The notes beneath the pieces are model-generated. The model did no database searches and had not been told where the DNA came from. It was given only the letters and a program-made list of their open reading frames with translations. Shown here piece after piece: positions 39,571 through 49,758 of a stretch of DNA of 64,000 bases (the stretch's first letter is position 1; each line of letters opens with the position of its first letter). A program made the position numbers and the translations under genes. The stretch lies in the NCBI GenBank assembly GCA_010093815.1, contig ML996578.1, one strand, 5' to 3'. This stretch comes from Pseudovirgaria hyperparasitica (lineage: Eukaryota).

Positions 39571-40881
39571 CTTGGCGGCTGTTTCGTGCGGGTGTGGACC
39601 GTTTATGTCGTTAGTTAATGTTGTGTGGCTGGGGAGAGAGCGAACATGAGGCGTCACACCATCTTCCTATGGATGGATCATCTTGTCTGCCGACAAACCA
39701 CCTAGGTTGAAATCTGCCAAGGCCAAACACTCGATATAATCTATACTTTCGTGTTTGGTGTATCAAGCGTGCAAAGTTTAGACAATGCGCGCGAAAGTGT
39801 ATGCTCTGCGCAGTCTGCGTGCTTCATTGAATTCTCAGCCGTGTGCTCGCAGGAACTCACGCTACAAAGGCAAGCCGCCCTGGTATTCGCAGCGCAAGGC
39901 TTCAGACGGTGTGAGTTTCCATGCAGGGCAGAGGTGGGATGAGTAAGTAGTCAGGGCCCACTGCCAGCTGCCTTCGCCCACGGGCGCTGGCAGTGCGATC
40001 TCGACCGTTGACGATGATGGCATGGCGTTTGTGCGGGGGTTTCGCAGTGCAGACAAAGCTGAAATGGCCCACCTACAAGGGAGAAGAAGCCGCCAGAGAG
40101 TGATGTTGCGCTGCTGCATGCGTAGAGAACCGTTGCCAAGGGCCTCTGATCAAGTCTGACTGTGCAAAGATCCGGGCGTATCTCTTTACCTTTACTTATG
40201 CCCCGTTTCGTATGCGCCGGGGGGCAGTGACTCGGTGATGGACCTGCTCTTCGGCAATGAAGGGTCGCAAGAGATGAGTCAAGTGCGATACTGCACGATG
40301 AATGGACGACTGTCAAAGAAACATTACGAGTGTTTCTGACGTTGGGAACGGTCGTGCGCAACGCTGTAAACGCAAGGTGGGATGGACCGGACTTGGTAAT
40401 CTGGAATGGGGGAGGGGGGGAGGGGGGTGGCAGACTTTGGGGTGGGTGAACGCTCGTGGTAGATGCCAGGATAGATGCAGAGCCAAACCAGGGTAAGGTT
40501 GGTCCGTGAGGCCTGCGCAGCACAGCTTTCTTCAGCATCGCTCTCACTCACATAGCAATCATTTTGCCTATCATGTTAGTATAAAGGAGCCAGGCGGACC
40601 GTCCCTAGGGTTTCCTTTTGACCCAGTATCTACCACCCGCGTCATCTTTCCAGTGTTCCATTTCATCTCATTTGTCTGTTCGGAATTTTCTCCTTACAAA
40701 CATTCGATAGACGACCATATCGACCAGTACAAATCGAATTCTTTCGCGCATCTTCCATACTGCATTTCTCAGCAAAGAGTTACCCTGCTTTGACATCTCG
40801 TATAAGCTTCTGCTCTGCGTCCTATTAAATCGATAACGCGTCAACCTTTCTGCTCCACATCGCAACCTAGAGGCCGCCAGG
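39571..40881 (+). promoter_or_regulatory. Putative promoter of the micro-ORF locus: TATAAA 40580-40585, G-tracts/STRE 40408-40446, six GCCARG sites
   Basis: TATAAA is followed by a pyrimidine-rich, ATG-free leader. AGGGG occurs at 40413 and 40421. GCCARG occurs at 39571 (minus), 39716, 40135, 40465, 40589 and 40876. Confidence 0.5.
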
Positions 40882-41003
40882 CAGCAAGTCATACTCAACC
40901 AGTCATCGCTCTATCTTATTTCTTCCACCGAGTTCAAGCCATCTATTTTTCCAAGAATCTGTTCACTCACACTTATTTCACCGAAACATCTCAATCCGCT
41001 ACT

Positions 41004-41027
41004 ATGGGTCGCGACGGTTACAACTAA
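41004..41027 (+). CDS. Micro-ORF 1, MGRDGYN* (7 aa)
   Basis: ATG GGT CGC GAC GGT TAC AAC TAA. First ATG after the TATA box, in good context (A at -3, G at +4). The peptide motif recurs twice downstream. Confidence 0.65.
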   Translation: MGRDGYN

Positions 41028-41128
41028 AGCAAACCTCTTCAGATCGTATCAGTCAATCTCCTGACCCAACTGTCTCCTCTTTGTCCCGGATCTTTCCAAG
41101 TCTGAAACCAAGTCTTTTTATCTTCCTT

Positions 41129-41272
41129 ATGGGTCGTGGCGGTTACAACAAGCTCGGATCCGAAATCACGTCTCTACGATACGCAAAACCTGTTCTGAAA
41201 TCAGAGCCTCTTTTCTGCACATCATCTCAAGTACCGCAAGTAGCACTCATGGGTCGCGACGGATACAATTAG
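41129..41272 (+). CDS. Micro-ORF 2, MGRGGYN followed by a read-through extension (47 aa, ending in the third repeat)
   Basis: ATG GGT CGT GGC GGT TAC AAC AAG..., in frame with repeat 3. Confidence 0.5.
   Translation: MGRGGYNKLGSEITSLRYAKPVLKSEPLFCTSSQVPQVALMGRDGYN
41249..41272 (+). CDS. Micro-ORF 3, MGRDGYN* (7 aa)
   Basis: ATG GGT CGC GAC GGA TAC AAT TAG. Same peptide as ORF 1, with differences only at synonymous positions. Confidence 0.6.
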   Translation: MGRDGYN

Positions 41273-41744
41273 GGCGCCGGTCGCTCAGATGAATCATGTC
41301 AATATTTTTATCGGCACATGATTACCGAGCTGCTCGACGGAAATGGGTAGCGGAACGGGACGGCCCCTGGTGGACCGTGGGAAGGGTGGGGACACCTGCG
41401 ATTGTCGGTGGCGATGATATTACGAGAGCTTATCCTTTCTGAGCGTTCAAGTTCCTTCATTCTTTTCCATGGCATAGCGAACACAACGGGCATAGCGCGG
41501 CGTTTTACTTTCCTTTTAGCATCAGTGGCGTTGGTCTGTTTTTGCTTTCGTCTCCTCTCTTTCCGCGCAAAAGTTTACTTGTTGTGATATTATAGAATCT
41601 CTTATTCAAAACGACTCCTTATTAATACGTTCCGTGCTGCTCCTCTTTCATCTCACGCTTTCATCGTTGTTTTTGCGCCTAGTTACCTTGGCAGCGTCCT
41701 TATTTTCATCGGTAGTGTCATCTTCGTAGTGAAACAAGTTGTAA

Positions 41745-43663
41745 TCATTTCCCGACGCAAAACCTAACAGAGAGATTCAGTGCTACCCTCTCAGACATGC
41801 ACTAACAACTCACCTCTCAAACACTACGCCAAGGACATCTTCGACGTCTCCACTATCGCCTCTGCCATTAATCCGGGCTAAACAACCAGCAGCAGCACGC
41901 AAACTCTCGGCTGCGACAACAATGTCTACTTCGTCCGAGTGGTGATGTGTTATCCCTCGTGATTCGGTAGGTAATGCCAAGATCATGAAATCATCTAGGT
42001 GTGTTAGACATTCCTCCAGCAGGAGTCTATGGCGTTCAGTAGCTCCCAAAGATTCGTTCCACATCGACTCATCATCAGCCTCTGCATCAGCGTCTGTCAG
42101 TGCGCTTGTCATGTCCCGTAAAACTGCTATGAGGCCCTTGAGAAACGCACTGATGGCGCCGGGATCATTTTCAGATACCTGTGGCTTTGTAGCTTCAGTG
42201 CAAGAGATGAAATGAATTCTTTCATCTGGAATCGGTAACGCATCTTGGACAACCCTTCGAAGATTGCTTTGTTCCGCCATTGGAAATGAAGAGGACAGGC
42301 GATCAGCTTTGTTTATTACTGCCAAAACCTGTGAGCCATTATTGATGCACTCGCGAGCTGTCTCCTGGACTTCGCCGTCTATGATGAGCTGAGGCGCTCC
42401 TAGTGCTCCTATCTCGATGGCGCAGACTACCAAGACAACATCTGACTCTAGCGCACGTTGCTTCGCGCGCTTGATACCTTCTCTTTCAACAGCGCCTACG
42501 ACGTCCGTATGCTGGGCTATTGATGGTGTTTCCTGGGTAGATCCCGCTCCATGATGCAAATTCTGTGGTGTTCGTAGCCCGGCCATGTCTCCGATCTTAC
42601 AAAACCAACCACCCAGATCGAGGCCAACTTCGACTACATCCCTGGTTGTGCCTGCTTCAGAACTTACGATTGCAGCATCTCGGCCAACGATACAATTCAG
42701 TAGCGAGCTCTTTCCTACATTGGGAGCACCCAGGAGAGCTAAGCTAATTCCGTTCCGAAGTAATTCTCCACGAACTGCATTCGCTCTGTGAAGGTCAATC
42801 TGCTGTCTAAGAACCCATATTTTTTGAGCGACGGATACAGCAAGATCATTCGGCGATTCGTCAAAATGTTGATCCTCTGAGAAATCGATAAGTGCTTCTA
42901 GCTCTCCACGGGCATACAATAGTAGATGTCGCCAGCTCTCGTATCGCTTAGCCAAACTGCTTGTCGTGCCGCGTAGGGCAATTCGGGCTTGCTGTTCAGT
43001 CGTTGCAGTAAGGACATCTCCAAGAGCCTCGACTTGGATAAGATCAAGTCGGTTGTTGAGAAAGGCTCGTCGTGTGAACTCCCCTGGCTCTGCATATCGC
43101 ACACAGCGACTTGATTTGGAGATAGCCGCAAGTACTGACTTTACAATTGCTGGTCCGCCATGAGTATGGAGCTCTAATACGTCCTCTCCGGTCACAGTTC
43201 TAGGACCTGGAAAAAATAGAACCAATGCTCCTGAGTCGAGGACAGTCTCGGGAGATGCTGAAAGATTGGGGGTATAGAGTGCTCTGAGAGTAGCTATCCG
43301 AGGTTTTGGTGTAGACTTTCCAGGACAAAGCGACCTGTATATCTAGAGCATCCTTTGTCAGAAATATGGCCTTTTAGCTTTGAGATGCGCAGCGCCTACC
43401 TCGACACAGGCAGGCCCAGATATACGAATAACAGCTATCGCAGCTTTCCCAGAAGCCGTAGAGAGAGCATATATTGTTGGTGGGTAAACCGGCGGTGTCG
43501 TGGCTGAGGCTGCGAAAACATGATCTCTCAATGGTACTGCACTAGCATGGAGACGCTGCAAGCGCCCATGGTTGGGTGCTGACTTCGACCAGCAGGGCAG
43601 TTTCTTTGGTGTACGAGGGCAAGCTGTGGCAAATGATAAACAGATTGAGAACAATACTTTCAT
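41745..43663 (-). CDS. MSS1: Mitochondrial tRNA modification GTPase MnmE/TrmE (GTPBP3)
   Basis: TIYALSTASGKAAIAVIRISG, FPGPRTVTGEDVLELHTHGG, AEPGEFTRRAF, G1 GAPNVGKSS, GTTRD, DMAG and NKAD. Terminal FCVGK* follows the last intron. Confidence 0.95.
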
Positions 43664-43898
43664 GCCTTGCAGATAGGAATGGACAGAAGCCAAGCTATGT
43701 CAGTCTCCCGATGTCTTCTCCGCACTCCAAGCTTGCTATGTGCTTCCGGTGAAGCGCCGGCCACTGGGGCTAGCGCTACAATTGCCAAGATTTCGAACTT
43801 TCAAGTAAAGTGGAGAAGGATTTATCTTCCCGTGCATATCTTCTTTTTCAAACGATACCGTCTACTTCTTTGCTTTGCGCGAAGACAAGCATTGCACA

Positions 43899-44954
43899 AT
43901 GGCTACAGATGACCTGGTGTGGGAGATTATCAACAACCAGTTTTGTAGCTACAAGCTCAAGTACCAGGCACTCATATGTATTAATTTCCCTTACTGACTC
44001 GTCTACAGGACTACAAAAGAACAAAACTTCTGCAGGAACGAGTACAACGTTACTGGACTGTGTAACAAGCAATCATGCCCTCTTGCAAACTCGCGCTATG
44101 CGACCATCCGAGCAAATGCTCAGACTGGCGAACTTTACCTATATATGAAAACTATCGAGAGATCACATATGCCAAATCGCTGGTGGGAAAAGGTCAAACT
44201 CTCAAAAAACTACACAAAAGCTCTTGAACAGATAGATTCGCACCTCATCTACTGGCCAAAGTTCCTTTTACACAAGAACAAGCAGCGTCTCACACGGCTC
44301 ACGCAAGTGCGCATTAGAATGAAAAAACTTATGAAGGAAGAGGAACGCTTGGGAGAGCAACTGGTACCTAAGCTGGCGCCCAAAGTCAAGAGAAGAGAAG
44401 AAGGCAGGGAGCGGAAAGCACTGAGTGCCGCCAAGCTGGAGAAGGCTATCGAGCGTGAGCTCATCAATCGATTGACTAGTGGCGCGTATGGCGAGCAACC
44501 TCTTAACATCGATCCAAATATGTGGTCCAAAGTCTTGAAGGGTCTGGAGCGAAAAGGTGAAGTTGAGCGCGACGAAGATTTGGACGAAGGACTGGAAGAC
44601 GAAGAGGAATATGAGCAAGAGTTTGAGAATGGTGAAAACCAAATCGAGTATGTCAGCGATATCGAGGGTGACTCGGACCTGGACGATCTTGAGGACTGGG
44701 TTGACCATGATGAGGACGACAATGACAGTGGTAGGTCAAGCGGCGAAGACGATGATGACGATGATGATGATGAGGACGATGACGAAGATGAGGCAAAGAG
44801 CGCCAAGCTCAAGAAAACACTCGAGAGTCTCAAGCGAAAACGACCAGCTGCTCCTCCAGCAAAGCCAAAGAAGAAGCCATCGAAGGGTCCCAAGCGCGAG
44901 ATACAATACGAAATCGAGAGCGAGCTTCCCGCGAGGGAAGTTGCTTATGCTTGA
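43899..44954 (+). CDS. MAK16: 60S ribosome biogenesis factor Mak16
   Basis: [75 protein letters not shown], acidic tail and EIQYE. Confidence 0.97.
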
Positions 44955-45921
44955 GAAGACGGAACATTGTTGTCGCAAACAATTTTTTCTGTATATTCCG
45001 ACTATACAAGGCGTTCGAATGATTAAGGATAAAAAGATGTTGATGTGGAGTTTAAATGGGTATTCTCATGCTTTCACTGTTAGGAAAAGACCATATGCAC
45101 CTCCAGAAGGATCAATTGCACCTCATGAACCTCTAAAGCTCTGACACTACATCTTCACTGGCACAATATTGTTTCATCATGCTGAGACACAAAGGTTCAC
45201 TGATCTGCCTTCCCGGTATCTGACTTTTGACAGATCAGCCCTGCCAAGAATAGCGCATTAGTGCGAACAGGTAGTGCGGAATGCTGACCTCCGGGACGGA
45301 CGTGGTTTGCCACGTTACACAAAGCCGTATAAATGTCAAGGCTGTATAACATTCTAAAGAACGAGGACAACAATAATGAAAATATGATACGGTTCATTTC
45401 CGAGTCCTTATTCTGTGACTGCCTTTCTACCTCTTGTCCATTCCCCAAGAACTCCGCCCAATCCTAGCCCTTCTCAGCCTCCTTAGCACCCTCGACGATG
45501 CCAAGACCCAGCAGTCCTGCATATTTGACAAAGCAGAACGACTCCGCAACAACAGGCAAATTTATTGGCCGCAGCAGTACCTTGCGTCGAGACAGGAAGG
45601 TAATTCTGCATCTTCATCGAACTTCTCTTCGCTCCCGGGGTCTTCCTTGACGGAAACAGTGGGGTGTATGGATAACACTGTAGATGAGCGAGTCATGTGG
45701 CTCGTGTGAGCACGACGTATTCTTACATTCAGGCTTCATATGTGTATCAACGGTCTAGAGACAGGTGTGAACGTATCCGAGTGCCCGTGAAATCCGAATG
45801 TTATTGCTCTAGTTATGTCTCAATAGATACTTGAATCAGATCGATGCGTTTTGTTCACCATTCTTCCTAGCCGAACCACGATACCTGCATGTTCCTCCCT
45901 GGAACTCCTCTTTTTCCCCTA

Positions 45922-46383
45922 TCAAGCACAGGTCGTAAGCGCGACATCGCTGTTCGCCTGACACACCTTCGTCTGGCTCCCACCCGGGCTCACACCTTGC
46001 GCCCAAGTGATTTTCGGACATGCAGCATCACTCGCCACGACCTCCAACTTGCTACCTGAGAACGCATCTCCAAAGGCATCAGATAAATCATACCAGATGT
46101 TGTTGCCATCGAGTGAATAGGAGAGCGTTGTCTGGGGCCTGCCGTTGAAAAGGCCATCGGTGAAGCGCGTGATCCTGAGCGCGATCCCACCGGTCTTGTT
46201 GTCGGTGTGGAAGGGTTCGCTGTAACTGGCGCCTTTGGAGATGGTTTGCATGGCCCCTTGCGTGCTGCTGACAGACCAGAGATAGATATTGTCGGCGCAA
46301 TTGTTGATGACCTTAGCATTGCCGATGGCGAGGGTGGAGGTGGCTATGGAGGTAGCGAGGATGGCGGTGGTGAGTATTTGCAT
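45922..46383 (-). CDS. Secreted Bys1-family protein
   Basis: Single exon with signal peptide. GNAKVINNC..NIYLWSV, GGIALRIT, IWYDLSDAFG and terminal KVCQ...VALTTC. Confidence 0.88.
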   Translation of the reverse strand: MQILTTAILATSIATSTLAIGNAKVINNCADNIYLWSVSSTQGAMQTISKGASYSEPFHTDNKTGGIALRITRFTDGLFNGRPQTTLSYSLDGNNIWYDLSDAFGDAFSGSKLEVVASDAACPKITWAQGVSPGGSQTKVCQANSDVALTTCA

Positions 46384-47373
46384 GGTGGATGCTTGAGTGT
46401 TGGACTGAACGCGAGTATTCGTGCTTCGATAGAGCGGTTGCGGTCGTTGCTAGCTGGAATATGCTAAGGCTTTTGATAATTCAATTCACTCGTGGTGAAT
46501 ACTTGCGCTTTATACGGTTGTTAAACTATTTAACGTAAGCAATTTGTCGTACACTGGTCCCACAGTGATCATTTTTCGTCGAGTAAAATTTACTCTAACC
46601 AGTCCCAACGTGGTGCTGAGATGTCATGCGAACATTAAAGGACACCTGTAATGCACGCTTATCTGAGATACTTGGAGCACCATTTCTTCTTCACAAGAAA
46701 ATGTGACTTTGTGTCAGGTTTCTTGGGTTGGTGACCTCTCACCCAAATGATAGTGTGTGTACACAGGTCTACGTGGCGATGGACATGATCAGTCCTCGTC
46801 AGTCGCCGGTCTAAATGAGCCACAGGATATCTTACTTCAGGTTACGTTGGAAAGTATACTTCTCTCCTGTGATCCCTGAGATTCAATAGTCGCTCCTTTG
46901 GTCTATCAAGGCTAAGCCCCGGATAGGGTCAACCGTTTCATTACGATAGCAGGATCTGTCATTGGAGAGGTAGGAGTCTTAGAATTGAGGAGTAGACTCG
47001 ATTTAGGGCGGTCGAATACCATTGGTCTTTCTCACGTCAAGTTATGGCGACGCTCGACGCAATGCAGAGACGACATGTGCGCCAAGATTGATACACGTAA
47101 ACCTGATGTTATGCTTCTCGTTGCCATTAAATAAAGCCATTCTGGCTCGACGTCATGGGGATAGAGTAGCCGTAACCATGACCAATCTTTTTCTTTCGAG
47201 TGACATCCTGAAACCGCTAGATACTGTTTTGAATGACACGATTGTAGTACTGTACTACGTGACAATCCCGTGAAAGCCGAATCCCAGGGAACGATGGGTA
47301 CCTGTGGTATGAGAACATGGGAAGACGCTACAGAAATTTGACTTATGGGCACATTAAAACACTAGGAGCTGCT

Positions 47374-48810
47374 TCAGACATGCCATGCAAACTTGGTGAG
47401 AGAGCACCCTGTGGCAGCCCATATCTCGGTATTTCCATTTTCATCGTGCCATCTTACGGCTGGTAGCTGCTTGACCCCCGTGTCAAATACCCGGAGCTTC
47501 TGACCAGTCTTCATGGACCATATTAGGAGCTTTCCGTCGCCATTTCCAGCAGCTACCACATCAAGTTCCTTACGTGTTGCCAAGCCCGTGCAAGGCCACT
47601 GGTTGTTCTCGTAGCCTTCAAATTCTACGGCTGATTTCGTAGCTTCAGGTCGTTTACCTCTGGAGGATTCAGAGCGACATGCGCTACGAACGTCGTATAA
47701 GCATAGTGAACCACCTAGCCCGGCGGCCACCAAGCGATATGGATCGTCGCCGGACTCCATCGCCGCGATGCCTCTGCTAGTCACTATCGACAACGAGGTA
47801 TCTGCGGATGTACGCGTGTCGTAGAGATTGATGACACCATTTCGTGTCGCTAGCGCGAGTATGTTCTGATCACACCACATAAGATTCACAATCTCTTTTG
47901 TATCTGGGTGATTCATGTGTATGTAGTCTTCATTATGCCTTCGCAATATTCGGAGACCGCGCGAGGTTGCAAGAGCCAACATTGGGGCATCGTCTGATGG
48001 GCAGAAAACACCTTTCCAAAGGGTGGTATCTCGGACCTCGTAGTGTATTGCCAAAGTACTTTGTGGGAGGTTTGAGAAGGCACAATTGGCGAACCGGTCA
48101 ATGGTCAGCTGCGCGTGAGTATCATCCTTGTGGCTGACAGCTGACATGAACCCTGAGCCTGCGTGATAATCCAGGTGTGATACATCATATCCGGCAGTGA
48201 GAAAAGTTGATTGCTCAACGCTTTTGCGCTCCCGCTGCACGATCTTTGGTGTTCTGGAGCACCTGCCGTCCTCGTTCATCCACACGATGTCATCAGCTTG
48301 CGAGAAGTGAAGACCTCTACTGTCAAGAGCCTTCACTACTATGCCATGTTCAGTCATATTGAAAAAGTCGCGGATAGTGTGAGCAGCTCCGGTCGTTGTG
48401 AATTTCTCTAATCCTAAGGCGAAGACCGAGCGATACGAGTAAGTTCGGCTGCGTGCATTGGTAAACCCGTAGTTCAGCTGAGATACATGGCCTGAAATGG
48501 TGGAGAGCATAGCCTCTGGTCTCTGAATCCGTTCTTGCTGTAGTCTCGATGCTTTGGTATCCTCGCGCTTTCGCTTCTGCTCGAAGTCAGTCTGGTCGCT
48601 ATGGAACATTGGATGTTGACAGTACCAATCGTAGTCGCTCTCCTGCTAGTACAGAACCTTTCGAATATTTGTCGTATTTCGGGACGAGATGATTCTGCTC
48701 GATCTTGAAGTACTTCTTCTTTTCCTCATCTTGATATTTTAGTGGCGAGTCCAAGTGCGCACCCACGACAACTTACCATAGTAATATCCTGGGAGATCAA
48801 CCGCCGACAT
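47374..48810 (-). CDS. WD40-repeat protein, DCAF4/WDR21-like
   Basis: N-terminal MSAVDLPGYYY|DEEKKKYFKI across an intron. WD-type ends INLYDTR, LCLYDVR and LLIWSMKTG. Confidence 0.75.
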
Positions 48811-49758
48811 CGCAGTCAGAATGAGCCAATAGCTTAGAAGAACTGTCCATACGCCCGTGGTTTATGACCTTTATGACTTTGCCGTAGCAAAGAAATTGCT
48901 GTTACTGGTCCAGCGTCGATGAAACGGTTGAGTGATCTGGACTTTTCTCGGCCAAGGAGAGCCTCACATCCGCGGATCACCTAAAATCTTCTCGAAACAC
49001 TGTTGTAAGCTATCGCCATTTGGTCTATCTGACGTGGGCTGGATACAAAGTCTGAACTACGAATGCCTATTCACGTGAGGTCGCGTTTAAGATGAAGTTT
49101 TGGTGTGGCGCATGTGTGAGGCTGAGGCTGTTACTTATGTAGAAGCTTGGGCCCTCAGTGGGTTCGGCGGCCCGGAGGATCAGCCCTGAATGACTTCACC
49201 GACGTTTGCTGTTTGACTCAAGGCAATATATGCATTCGATGTGCCCAGCTTTGAATCGACGCACGCAATTGTTGCAGACACCATAAATGAATGCCCACGA
49301 CGCGTCTTTTACTGCGTACTAGGCTGTGTAGACACTGCAAACGGCAGCAACCTATCATTGCAACGTGACATCATGCTGCATGAGATAATCTCGTTCGCGA
49401 CGCGTTCGGACAGCTTCCTTGTTTCACGTCCTTCACTTTGGACACGCTTGACTGGTAGTGGTTGGCCAAGCACCTGTGACGCACTTGCCGCACATACCTC
49501 TACCCGCCACTACTAAGGATATTTTTCCGTTGCTATTGTTCTCTTTCACCGTTAATTGTTTGTGAAATCTCTTGTCCGTATTCCCATCAACTTGCTCCCT
49601 CCTGCTTGCCTTTGATACCTACGTCTCTTCACGATACTCAACGCCTAGTCGTTTAGCTATCATTTTCCATTCTCCCACTATACATTCAAATTTTGATCTG
49701 GATCTCCGCCCGAAACCACGTCAAAGCTGCACAGAGATCGTATTCCGTCCTCACCAGT

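Noticed and set aside
39951..40547. 198-aa minus-strand ORF with a poly-Pro stretch
   Set aside because: The poly-Pro comes from the promoter G-tract read antisense, and there are no other protein-like features.
41343..41417. ORF MGSGTGRPLVDRGKGGDTCDCRWR downstream of the micro-ORFs, as a possible main ORF
   Set aside because: Short, preceded by three other ATGs, and without the motif. More likely 3' UTR.
44249..44893. 214-aa Ser-rich minus-strand ORF
   Set aside because: Antisense shadow of the acidic GAT/GAC repeats of MAK16.
14940..48740. Three AAG 3' splice acceptors (acetate transporter intron 2, acyl-CoA synthetase intron 2, WD40 intron 1)
   Set aside because: AAG acceptors are a known minority class in fungi, and three cases are not evidence of anything unusual.
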